Below are positions 25,670-36,899 of a stretch of DNA of 64,000 bases, in pieces (position 1 is the first letter of the stretch; each line of letters opens with the position of its first letter). Source of the stretch: Takakia lepidozioides (taxonomy: Eukaryota > Plantae > Bryophyta). The position numbers were made by a program, and so were the translations under genes. Where the stretch lies: contig CM060734.1 in NCBI GenBank assembly GCA_030704615.1, forward strand, positions 5,456,001-5,520,000. The letters are read 5' to 3'. The notes below the pieces were generated by a model, which searched no databases, was not told the origin of the DNA, and saw only the letters and a list, made by a program, of their open reading frames with translations.

Positions 25670-26610
25670 CTCTGGCTGAAGCCGGTGTAACTAAGAGCCA
25701 CTTCACCTTTCGGTTACTGCCCCCTTTCGGGGATCGGCCCTATATATATATATATAACTAAAGAGAGAGTGTCCTGAGGGACACCAGGTAGCCGGGGGGG
25801 GGGGGGCCTATGGGCCCCGAGGCGCGTTAGAAGAACCAGACTCGAGTTGGCATTTGTTGGTGATGATAGCTGTGAGGAAACGGAGTGTTGTGAGGTGGAT
25901 TTCCTTGAAGCATTTATGGATTGGGGGGTGGGGAATTTTGAAGTTATTATGTATATCATTGATGCTAGCGTTGTGGATGCCGCCCCTTGTTCCGGCAGTG
26001 ACAACGGTGAGTGGGCCTGTTGCCCAACCCTGCCGTTGAATTGCCAGGATGAGGGGGGCATATTTTTGTCGTTTTTCAAGGATGGAGTCGCTAGGGTACC
26101 GATCATGGAAAAATGTAAATTCGATGAAGTGGACGGTAAATTGTGGGGACGGGGAGGCAGGTGCTGGGTTAGTAGTGGGTAGACCTTGGATAATAAGTAT
26201 GTCTGGGCAAAGTCTAGCTGGGCAGGAGCATGGTGATCGGGTACATGTGCATGGTAGCAACCATGGTGGTACAGTGTGGTTTGGTGGTCTTCCCTGGTAA
26301 ATACCAGCATTAATGAGCGTGAACCAACGTGTCTCAGCACGTTTTGAGAAGAGTTTATGCAGGTGCTATACTGCGTGGTTGTGTCGGGTAATATGTAGGC
26401 CGTGAATAACCGGGTGTGTGCATCGGCTAAGGAGGTGAGGCCAGGTATCCCGTTCATAATGTGTTGTTGAGCACAGGGGGCAGTATGGTGATGGGTAGAG
26501 TCGTGGCCAGAAAATATGCTTACGTTGATAAAATATAAATATAAATATCTAAAACGTCCTAGTTAACTAGAAGTAGGTAATTCTAGTTAACCATGACTAA
26601 AACCATGATA
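23912..26610. mobile_element. LTR-like sequence (~1.8 kb after removing the nested insertion)
   Basis: Termini are tgtcac.. and ..aaaaccatga(t/c)a. The portion 25303-25632 plus 26530-26610 is homologous to 48898-49313, which ends ..aaaaccatgaca. Confidence 0.6.
25633..26529 (-). mobile_element. 5'-truncated non-LTR retrotransposon with a restriction-like endonuclease (RLE; R2/CRE/NeSL-type architecture)
   Basis: CPLC..ERDTWPHLLSRC..RHN CCHC knuckle (~26370-26490), then PDILII..IEFTF..EKRQKY..GW..VTAGTRGG (ORF 25808-26260). It has a (CT)n tail and a 12-bp TSD aaaata(c/t)aaata at 25621-25632 and 26530-26541. Confidence 0.85.
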
Positions 26611-27939
26611 GGCCCAAAATGCATTGAGTTGCAAATGCGAAAAACTCAATCTGAACCTGCAGAGACAACAGTGATGCCTCTTGCATTATGAACATGCAAG
26701 GGGGAACTAATACTAAGCTACCAGGTCCAAAACAGATTGTCTAGGCAGCATGCCCTAATAAAATTGCCCAAATACCAAATGTCAACGTCGATATTTTCAC
26801 TACACTCGTGGAGATGATGGAAACAAAGGGGCTCTTGAATCTGCACTCTAGCACAAAAGAGACTTTGTAAATCTAAGTAGAGACACCCTAATGCCACGGG
26901 GCCACGATCCTAATGCGATCCAGAAGCCGCCTCCACGGCGCATTCAAGCTCCCCCACATCCTTGAAGTGCCTCCCAATAAACAAGCGCACACTAAACAAA
27001 CCTGGCAACGCACATGAACTCAAGGCTAAACATAGTAGGCGATGAACTCAAAGTGACAGCTGCCGTGCAGTGGCGACAACCACCCCCTCCAGCCCTAAAA
27101 CGCTTGGCGAACGGACGGCCCAGGGCGGAGCACGTGGCGAGATCCCCCACGGCTACCATGCCAATAGGCGCCGGCCGTTGGATGGCAGGTGCCACGGGAT
27201 CCGGTTCCCAGGCGCCAAGGGGTGGTTCCCTTGGTGCTTTATGGTGACACTCCGCCAGGGAACGCACGCTTTCTGGTTTTTTTTTGTTTTTTCCCCTATT
27301 TTTTTACAAGGACGTGTCGCAGCCCACAAAGTTCGAGTGCTTTTTGGCTTTATTTCGCCTAAAAAGTATGGGCTGCCTCGCGTCTTCTCTCACATGTGAA
27401 GCGAGCTCTGTACAGCCTCGGTGCTCCGTGTGGCTGCGTGTGGGAGGGCTTTTAGAGCATCCCCACCCTACACTGAACCGAGCACGCCAATGGAGTATGA
27501 GGGTATGGTGGGCGGGAAAACGTCCCCACCCATGCACTGAACCCTATATCCCATGAAAAGCGGGCACAGAATATCGTTCCGTGCACTGAACCCGAGCGCC
27601 GTATTCAGTGCACAGAATACGTCCCTGAATCCAAGTCAACGTGACCAAGCGCGTGCCTGTCAGCATCTTGGCGGAGACCTTGCCTCTTCCTGCCAATGGG
27701 AGGCAAGGTGCGCGGGGATAGCGTGGGCGAATTAGGGACAACGGTGCGCGAGTCGGGCTGCTGCGCCACAGAACCCAGCAGGCCCTGAATCGATGATACT
27801 ATCTTTGGCGTTACAGGGCTCAAGGGTGGGGATGCTCTTAGGCCTGTAGCATGCAGATGGTGTGGGCCCACTTTGCATCCTTGAACTTTTGACCATCTCC
27901 TGCCTGCCCACTGTGTGCAAGGCTATGCATACATCATGA

Positions 27940-29780
27940 AGACTAGGGTAGCTGTGCCATTGGCCCAAGTGTCCAATGTCATCTAAGTCCAAGTGCATCA
28001 ATATATGAAGCAAGCCATATGTAATAAAAAAAAATTCCACAGAGCCTACGACCAGATTTGAACCAGAGACCTTTGCCTTGTTATCTCTCCCGTCGAGGCT
28101 CCAACCATTGTCCCAGGAATGCCCACTTTGCCATTTTTGCTATTTTTTGTGAATTTCCAGCGACCAAAAGTACTTGGAATTCCACATCTCCCACACCCCA
28201 AAAATCATGAGACTAAGCCCGTGCACCCCTCCTCGTCGAGGGCTTTCCAACGGTACCAAGCACCAGGGATGGGGCCTTGCGGTTTGGGATATCTCAACGT
28301 GACAAAATAAACAAAACAAAACAAACGTCTCGATTCATATATTGACTAAGGTAGCCTGTGCCGTTCGCCCAAGTGTCCAGTGTCATCTAAGTCCAAGTGC
28401 AATCGCCTATGTATCCTATGCCGTTGGCCCATGTCTGAAGAATTGAAATCTAAGCCCAAGTGCAATCTTCTATTTATGTATCCAAGTGCATCTCCCATGT
28501 ACAGGCCCAAGTATCCAGTCATCTACATCCAAGTGCAATCCCATGTATATATATATATATATTATTTTCTTTTCCAGAGAGCCTACGTCCAGATTTGAAC
28601 TGGAGACCTTTCCCTTGATATCTCTCCCCTCGAGACTCCAACCATTGTCCCAGAAATGCCCACTTTGCCATTTTTGCTATTTTTTGTGAATTTCCAACGA
28701 CCAAAAGTACTTGGAATGCTGTATCTCCCACACCGCAAGTCCAAAAATCTTGAGACCAAGCTGGTGCACCCCTCCTCGTCGAGGGCTTTCCAACGGTACC
28801 AAGCACCAGCACCGGGGCCTCACGGTTTGGGAGATCTCAACGACGTTACAAACAAACAAACAAAACAAAACAAAACAAAACAAACGTCTCGCTTCATATA
28901 TTGACTAGGGTAGCCTGTGCCGTTGGCCCAAGTGTCCAGGGTCATGCAAATGCAAGCCCAAGTGTAATCTCCTATGCATTCAAGTGCGTCTCCTATGTCT
29001 AGGCCCAAGTATGACCTCCAGGGTAGCCTGCGCCATTGGCCTAAGTGTCCAGTGTCATCAAGTGCATCAATATATGAAGCAAGCCACATCCAATCATTTC
29101 TTTTCCATATAGCCTACGACCAGATTTGAACCGGAGACCTTTCCCTTGATATCTCCAAGTGCTATCCCCTATATATCCAAGCGTGTCTCCTATGTTGAGG
29201 CTCAAATGCGACCTCTAGGGTAGCTTGTGCCGTTGGCTCAAATGCCTAGTGTCATCTAAGCCCAAGTGCAAGATCTCACATGTATCCTAGTGCGTCTCTT
29301 AAGTGAGGCCCAAGTGCGACCTCTAGGGTAGCATGTGCCGTTGGCCCAAGTGTCCGCTGTCATCTAAGTAATCTAAGTCTGATGATTTAGCCATATCTAA
29401 CCATTTTTTTTTCCACATAGCCTATGACCAGATTTGAACCGGAGACCTTTCCCTTGAGATCTCTCCCGTCGAGGCTCCATCCATTGTCCAATGAATGCCC
29501 ACTTTGCCATTTTTGCTATTTTTTGTGAATTTCCAGCGTCCAAAAGTACTTGGAATTCCACATCTCCCTCACCGCTTGTCCAAATGAGACCAAGCCGGTG
29601 CACCCCTCCTCATCGAGGGCTTTCCAAGGGCACCAAGCACCCGTGCTGGCCCCACGGTTTGGGAGATCTCAAGCTTTCCAACGGCACCAAGCACCCGCGT
29701 TGGGGCCGCGGTTTGGGAGATCTCAATGACGCTACAAAACAAAACAAAACAAAACAAACACCTCCATTCATATATTGATG
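27940..29780. repeat. Hierarchical tandem repeat (~540 bp unit with ~60-110 bp subrepeats)
   Basis: agcctacgaccagatttgaacc(a/g)gagaccttt occurs at ~28043, 28580, 29111 and 29419. The subrepeat gggtagcctgtgccgttggcccaagtgtcc occurs many times. Confidence 0.85.
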
Positions 29781-31980
29781 TGCAGCACAGATGACGCTAC
29801 ACATCTTCATCCCCAACATTGCTACGTGTCTTCTTGTGATTGTCCTTATCTTGAGCGACCTAATTCCCTGCGGTAAAACAGATAGGTAGTGGGTTTTGTA
29901 GCAAGTGGGTTGGACATCTTCTCTTGCAAATGCCTCGCTTTAGCATAGTGACATTCTTGAAAGCTTCACCAGATCCTTGGAAGCTATAAACAAGTTTTGC
30001 GTAACCTTTTCTCCATTTGCATGGATTGCCTAGAGTGGTTTTGATCAGGTACTCATCTACTTACCCATTTCCATTTTCAAAAAGCTTGTTGTAAAGCAGT
30101 GAAGTGTGATGCAGCTAAACCTGACTAGACTTTTACTTTCCCAGATGGTGGGTCACACTGCGAAGCAGCAGCAGCAGAGGCCCCACACGTGTGTACACAG
30201 TTTCAAAGTAACCATCCATTTGTTGCAATGCAAATTGGCAGCTGCCAGTGCCGCCCAAACACTAGCCAAAAAGGGACCGGAAAGTAAAGCCAAAACAAAG
30301 CTATTCATGGCTAAACTACAGCTGAGGCTATTATAAACGAGACAGCCAATGACACACACTAGATACTACTCAAGAGAGAAGAAGAAGAAGAAGAAGTCCT
30401 ACAGGTAGAGAGAGTTTCCAAACACAATCATTCTTGCTACTTCTACTCACCGTGCCTGCCCTTCTTTCAAGCCCGCAGACAAAGCCCCAATTCCCCATCA
30501 TTTTGCCATGAACCCAGGAGAGCCCCTCTCTGCCCAGTCACCAATCACTCCCCCACCCTCCTCTCTCCCATATGCTCTCCCTCCCTGCCCACAATCAAGT
30601 GCCCTCCATGGGATCCTCCGGTGTAGTGCATGTGTGGATTTGAACCCAGGACGAAGCATTGAATTGTTCCAACGGGTCCCGTTATGTGTAACGGAATGTG
30701 GGGTCCCATGTCCCATCCGACCGCCAGTCGCCGAATTCACTGCCATGCCCATGTGACGCCAGGCCTGCCATTCCCGGACCTCTCTTCCCTTCCTTTGTTG
30801 TGTTGTGCTTCTCCCTCGCATTTTCGCTCATCTTTGCTTTCAAGCTACGCCGGTTCGTCGATCATTTTCCGCAATGGCTCATTGCTTGTATGCGTCCAGT
30901 TCAAGACATGCATTCTCGCAAGAGATATGGGCACAATTCTGGAGTTGGGAGTGTGAGATATGTACCCCCAACTACATACCAAACCAGTTCGCATTCCAGA
31001 CAAGAAACTATGTAGCATTTATCTTACACACTTGCCTCAATTTTGTCATATTACCAAGTATTTATGTCTCCCTGCCCATTACAATACTTTGCTTCCAAAG
31101 ATATCCTTTTTGTCTTTTCGCCCCACTTATTTTTCCCCAGCCTATTTTACCCCCACCTTCTGGAGTGGGTTTTAAAACCCATGTCGACGAAGGCGTGAAG
31201 AGGCTGGTTGTGTGTTCAAATCCACACTACCTTTGGGTGAAGGATTAGGGTTACATTAGGGCTAGAATAGGGCTAGATTAGGGCTAAGGGACAGGTTTCC
31301 AGAAAAGAGGGCCAACGTGCACACCGGCCCACCCCACGGGTGCTGCATGCATGCATAAATACATGCATGGGGATGGGCTATGATCATGGCTCAGTCCGTT
31401 GCGTTACTTTAATTTTGCAATAAAGCAATTTGAAGTGATATATAGGAGGCACATTAATCATAATAATAATAATCGTGTGAGTTATGCCAAGTGGGGTGAG
31501 CCACTAATGTTGGCATTGGGTTTGTTGGGGGATGTGACTCTGCCTTGGATGCTAACCAACCTTAACCAACCCTAACCATCATGATTAGTGACTTGGTTGT
31601 TGGCTTCTAGTGAGGATGGCTTTGATTAGTGGGGCTAATAAGTAATAACTGGATGTGATCGCTCCTTTCCATCATTCTCTCAAGTGGTGTCCCCGCCAAC
31701 TACTCTCAATCGCTGAACTAAATTCTTTTATGTTATCAATTTTATGGCTCTCTGAAAAATCTACGCAAGGGAGGGCTCATTCATGGAGTGAATGGGCCGT
31801 ATTATTAACATCCCAGCAGCCGCTATTAGTGAGCAAGTACTGCCCTTGGGTTTTGATTTTTGATTACGTGCTTGGATGTACTTGCCTCCAAATTGGGTGT
31901 CATCTCAGCTTAGTGCAATTATATTCAAATTATGTGACAATAAGTAGGGAAAATAAGGAAATGAAATCATGTAGCACATT

Positions 31981-32220
31981 GGCCGGTAGCTCAGCTGGTA
32001 AGTGCACCATGTGTCGCCTTAGTGGTTCGGGGTTCAAACCCGCTGCCCTGCCCAGTGTGTGGATTGTTCCTGGCATTCTGTCTGGATGTTGTTCGTCCTG
32101 TGTGCCTCCATGGCCCATAAATGAAAGGGGGTTATTTCCCCCCCCCCCCCCTCCTCAAGGGCCTGAATTGTGGGCTGTCGCTCCCAGGTTTCCTTTAAAA
32201 AATAAAAGATAAAAGATAAA
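31981..32220 (+). mobile_element. Candidate tRNA-derived SINE
   Basis: A-box-like TAGCTCAGCTGG, B-box-like GGTTCAAACCC ~45 nt later, and an A-rich (aaaagat)n tail. No complete cloverleaf. Confidence 0.5.
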
Positions 32221-33458
32221 CATGGAAAATAAAAACAGAAAATAATAAAGATAATAACTTTTTGTGTCCCAACCTTGAGCAGATTTCATCTAATGTGTGT
32301 ACATTCATCAGCAAAGAAGAGATAGTGAGGGATGGAGGTGGCAGGGGATGGATGAGTGTTTCCTGGGAAGTTAGGAGTAGTTAGGATAACTGTCCTCCGT
32401 CTCCGGCTGGTTACGGGTTCAAATCCACGTGATGGTGCTGGACTTAATTCATCTCGGTAAATATAGTCGGAATTTTGCGACATAAATAGCGCCACGACTC
32501 TGAAGCGGAGCGGCAGCCACGGCGGCGGGGCAGACGTGTGGAAGCGGCGGCGGCTGCCCGCCAGAAAGGTTCATGCTGCCCGTCGCAATGCGCATCACGT
32601 GAACACGCGCCTTCTGGCGACGCGTGTGCCGCCTGCCCCTCGTGCAGCCCATGCCATGGCATGCGATAATTGATGCGCATGCGCGCACCTACGCGCGGTT
32701 GACTGCGCGGTTTATCGCGCCGTTTACGACGCTGGTTTGCACTTAGCACACGAGGCGCCGCCAAGATGCTCACCGGCGGTATCCGGTCGCCTGCCCTAGG
32801 CTATGACTGGCTACCGGCATTCAACGGTCAGGTAGAGGAGCCCCGAGAAAGCAAACACTGGCAACTCTGCATCTGTGGTGTTGTTCAGACCTTCTCTACG
32901 GAGTGGAGCTTGTCTTGGGCCCTCTCTCACGGTCTGAGTGTGCTCTCCTATATCTCTCTATATGCTTCGTGGTGTTTCGCTCTGTTTGTTTCCACTTGCT
33001 GTCTTTCTACGTCTCTTCTCCTTGTCGTCCTAGCATCTCCATTGTGTGGGCTTCTCATTCGCAGTGAGTATTAGAAAAACGGGTTTTGCTATTGTTCGCG
33101 TCTTGTGCTTTTGTTCCTTGTCCGTGTTTGGATCATTGGGTGGTGTTGGTGTGCCTAGGCTAGCTCCAGTTTTGAACGAGTCATTGTCGTTGGTACCCCC
33201 CTTGTTGCAAGGCGGTAACGTGGAGACGTAGCCTGAGCGAGAATGGAGAGCTCTGGGTTGGGGGTTTGGCAGCAGTGAGGAAAGGGCATAGCTTTCTCAC
33301 GATTGGGTTTCGAAGACGTATTTTGGTTGTCAGAAAGGCACCGGTGGGCAGGAATCCAATCCCGTCTGAGACCAGCAACGGAGACAAGGAGGTTGGATGG
33401 TTGCTGGGCGACAGGGTGCGCTACAAATATATACAATATATATAGACTGGTAGGGGAA

Positions 33459-33674
33459 ATGACGTCAGGAACACGGTTACCTACTTGGAAAGAGAGGGAG
33501 AATAACAAGAGACGAGAGCGTCGGCGGAGGGCAATTGCCGCTAAGATCTTTGCAGGTCTGCGTCTGTATGGGAACTACAAGCTGCCCAAGCATTGTGACA
33601 ATAATGAGGTTTTGAAGGCACTGTGTGCTGAGGCCGGCTGGACAGTTGAGGACGATGGCACTACCTATCGCAAG
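33459..33674 (+). CDS. BES1/BZR1: BES1/BZR1-family transcription factor, exon 1 (DNA-binding domain)
   Basis: [72 protein letters not shown], followed by a GT donor at 33675. Confidence 0.97.
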
Positions 33675-34558
33675 GTGATTATAATACCTTTACCCTCTGT
33701 TAATAGTAGGAGGAAACCTTCATTCTCCCTGGTTACTTTTGTGGGACTTCGATACTCTAGAGAGGAGTTCGCTTGTTGAGTGCTTGCTGTCTACTTTCGA
33801 AGAAAGAGAAGTAAACGGGATGAGAGTTTGCAACCAGTATGCAGGTCTTGGAAAATGCCGGCAAATTTTTTGTTGGATCTATGATCCATCAGAGGTTCTG
33901 AATAGTCTCAAGCCCATAATTAAAATTTTGTAATAGGATGTGGTTAATTTCATCGATTCAAACACTTTGGCTAGCCAAAACTATGATTGTCAAGCAGTGT
34001 GTACACCTGAGGATGGACGAGTGCTTGTCAGGCAACAATATCTTGTCACAGGAGTGATCGTACTACTCGCAGGGGAGTGTACTCTTTTGTCAAGGGATCA
34101 GCTCTTGGAAGCAATGGCATAGCTTGTATAGAGAGGGGTTTTCCGGAAGAGGTGAATATAGACTCTAGTTTTGAGTTGGTAGATGAGTAGGTTTCGAGTG
34201 CGTTAGCAAGTTGGCATAAGCATTAACAATTACGCATCATTCAGTTACTGTCATGGATGAGAGCATTTAAAGTGGTCTTGAAGTAGGAGGCTACACACTG
34301 TAGTTTGGTTTGTTCTGCATTTGATGCCGTGTGTTGTTTTTTGCTTTTAAGGCTATTCACACGGGCAACTGGGTTGGGTATGTTTTCCCTTACAGACCTC
34401 TTGCAGAGTATATGTTCACAAATTGCAGGTGGACTTCATGGTGCTCCTAGTGTGTGCTTCTGAGGGCCCCAAGAAGCCAGCCGTTTTGGGTTTTTCATTT
34501 TGCAGCATGATCATTTGGAATATCCAATTGACACCACTATGGTAATGGTGTATTGCAG

Positions 34559-35491
34559 GGGACCAAGCCACCGGTGGACCGGATGGATGTTTGCACGTCT
34601 CCCTCTGCAAGCCCCACATCCTCATACCCAGGAGCGAGTGATGGCACTTCACTCATCCCTTGGTTGAAGGGCTTGTCCTCAGGTGGTGGCAGTGGGACTG
34701 CAAGCACGAGCAGCAGTGCTGGGCTCCCGCCTCTGCATGTGATGCATGGTGGATCGTCGAGTGCGCCGGTAACCCCTCCACTTAGCTCCCCAACAGCCAA
34801 GGGTATCCCTGTCAAACCTGACTGGGATGCTATTGGTAAAGATGGGCTACCAGAATGCCCTACACATGCATTTTCTCAGGCTGTAAATGCGTGGTCACAC
34901 CATCCTTTCCTTGCTGCTGCAGCAGCTGCAGCTGCAGCGGCTGCATCAAATCAAGCACACATGCGCCCGGGGTTCTCCGAAGCTTCAGATGGTTGCCGAA
35001 CTCCGGTGGATGAAGGGGAATCTGATGTGTCCCCTAGCACTGCCTTGGAGTTTGCAAATTTGTGCAGCTCAAGCACTAGCAAGTGGGCCAATGGGGTGCG
35101 CGTGCGCACTGGTTCGGCTGGTTCAGCCCTTGGACTCTCAGGTGCTGCAGGACGGTTGCCTGGAGGCATGGGCTTGGGTCCTTTTCCAAGTGCTCACTCC
35201 GATTCTCCCTGTGAGACTTACTCTAGTGTATGGCGCGCCCCCATTCAGTCTTCTCCCAGTCTTGCTGTGTCACAAAATGCCACGAGGATTATGAGCAGTG
35301 GTGGACCAGAAAAAGCTGCAAAAGGTATCGAGCTAGAGAGGTCAGCATGTGCACAGGGGCAGGGCAGTGTGAGTGGGTGGGAACAGGACAATCTGCCAGA
35401 GGTTGTGGGCAAGAGGAAGGTACCAGATGACTTGGAGCTCACTTTGGGTAGTTCAACCATGAGGGCAATGTCAAACTCGAATGTGCGATAA
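34559..35491 (+). CDS. BES1/BZR1: BES1/BZR1-family transcription factor, exon 2
   Basis: TGCAG acceptor, in frame with exon 1. Contains SPSASPTSSY, SLIPWLKGL, SAPVTPPLSSPT (GSK3/BIN2-type sites) and the C-terminal EAR motif DDLELTLG. The spliced protein is about 382 aa. Confidence 0.95.
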   Translation, partial: GTKPPVDRMDVCTSPSASPTSSYPGASDGTSLIPWLKGLSSGGGSGTASTSSSAGLPPLHVMHGGSSSAPVTPPLSSPTAKGIPVKPDWDAIGKDGLPECPTHAFSQAVNAWSHHPFLAAAAAAAAAAASNQAHMRPGFSEASDGCRTPVDEGESDVSPSTALEFANLCSSSTSKWANGVRVRTGSAGSALGLSGAAGRLPGGMGLGPFPSAHSDSPCETYSSVWRAPIQSSPSLAVSQNATRIMSSGGPEKAAKGIELERSACAQGQGSVSGWEQDNLPEVVGKRKVPDDLELTLGSSTMRAMSNSNVR

Positions 35492-36899
35492 GCAGGTGGA
35501 GATTGAGGGGCTTTGGTCATAGTTTTGTATCATGCTAGCATGGTAGTGTAGAGGCATGGGGGGAGAGGCTTGTTGGCTGTTCGGATCTGAATGCTACGGA
35601 ACTTGCACAAGCAGGCGTGGTTGCCACAATTTTGAAACAGTTCATGGGTTGGAGTTCATGATGGAGGGTTTTAAGGTATTTGTCACTTCCACTCTCCCCT
35701 TTATCTGGCATGGATTTAGTAGCATGTTTGCTCTACAAGGCACTGTCTTGAAAACAGAGGGTAGAAAATTGGTCTTATGCAGTCATGTTTACTCCTTACT
35801 AATTACCGTGTACAGATACTGCTTGTGATGATACTGATTAAAGGCCTCACTCATTTGTTGGTTGTTATATCCAGGTGTGAGCAACAATGCAACGGCTATG
35901 GCATTGAAGGTAGAGGTCCTTTTTGTACGTAGCAATTGCTTTACCTTTCCTCCTTGAGAGTTTCTAGGACATTAGTCAAAAGAGGGCACAAGGCAGATAT
36001 GCTTTAACAAATGCTCCTTAAAGTTATAAGCAGATTGTCGGACTCAATTGCTTTATACTCAGTTTTAGGGCACGAGTCAGGCTAAAGATTGTCCATTGTG
36101 ACAAGTCAACTGACCCTCAAAATTACAAGTTTACTGACCGATTCAGGTCTGTTGAAATATTGCAAATTGTTAAAACTGGATTGTATGCAAACATTTGTCG
36201 CCAGTGTTTTTTCTTATGAACAACGTTGCTGTCGCATGTAACTGTCCATATAATATCGCCAAAATGTAAATGGTACCCCTGGTTCAACCAATTTCCGAAC
36301 AGCCTGCCCAACAACAATACCACCCAATCACATAATGTTTAATGATCAAAAGGCATGGAAAGCATGTGGGCTTCTTTATCCTTTCATACAAATGTTAGAA
36401 GCTTCTGCATAGTATGTGATGGTAATCAGGCAAGACCAAAATAACCTCTTCCAAGGCATTTACCACTGTACAGTTAGACTACAAGTAACCATTGTGAATG
36501 ATCGAATAGGGCATTTGATGTAATCCACACCTAGCTTACGTGATTTGAGAACTCTAGACATCTTGTATCCAATGGGCACAAGCCCATGTAACTCTTCAAA
36601 TCACAAGGCCATATCATAAAGTGCTCGTCATTTTGGATGAAAATCCAGTTTTACTTTATTGAAAACCCTAGACAAACTTTTTGAGTTGACTGGTGTTTCC
36701 TTAGCCAATATGTTTTAAAGCCATGTGGCTACATTCAATGAGTATTCAGCACACAACATCCCTACTATTCAAGAATCAGGAAGACTAGTTTCCGTGTGGG
36801 CCCCATTGAGAGAGAAACCAAGCTTGACAATGTGTAACAATGGTTATCCGAGATTAAGAAAAGAAAGTTTGAACGAAACAATTCATGTTTCCACCTTCT

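Noticed and set aside
25714-26457. 247-aa ORF on the minus strand
   Set aside because: It is an alternative frame of the RLE retrotransposon. The CCHC and endonuclease motifs are in another frame.
27940-29780. Possible CRISPR-like array
   Set aside because: The context is eukaryotic, the repeats are long and degenerate with no unique spacers, and there are no cas genes.
31981-32055. Functional tRNA gene
   Set aside because: A and B boxes are present, but acceptor and anticodon stems do not pair convincingly. Treated as SINE-like.
33303-33458. N-terminal extension of BES1/BZR1 in the ORF track
   Set aside because: It starts at a non-ATG codon. The family-typical start MTSGTR at 33459 is preferred.
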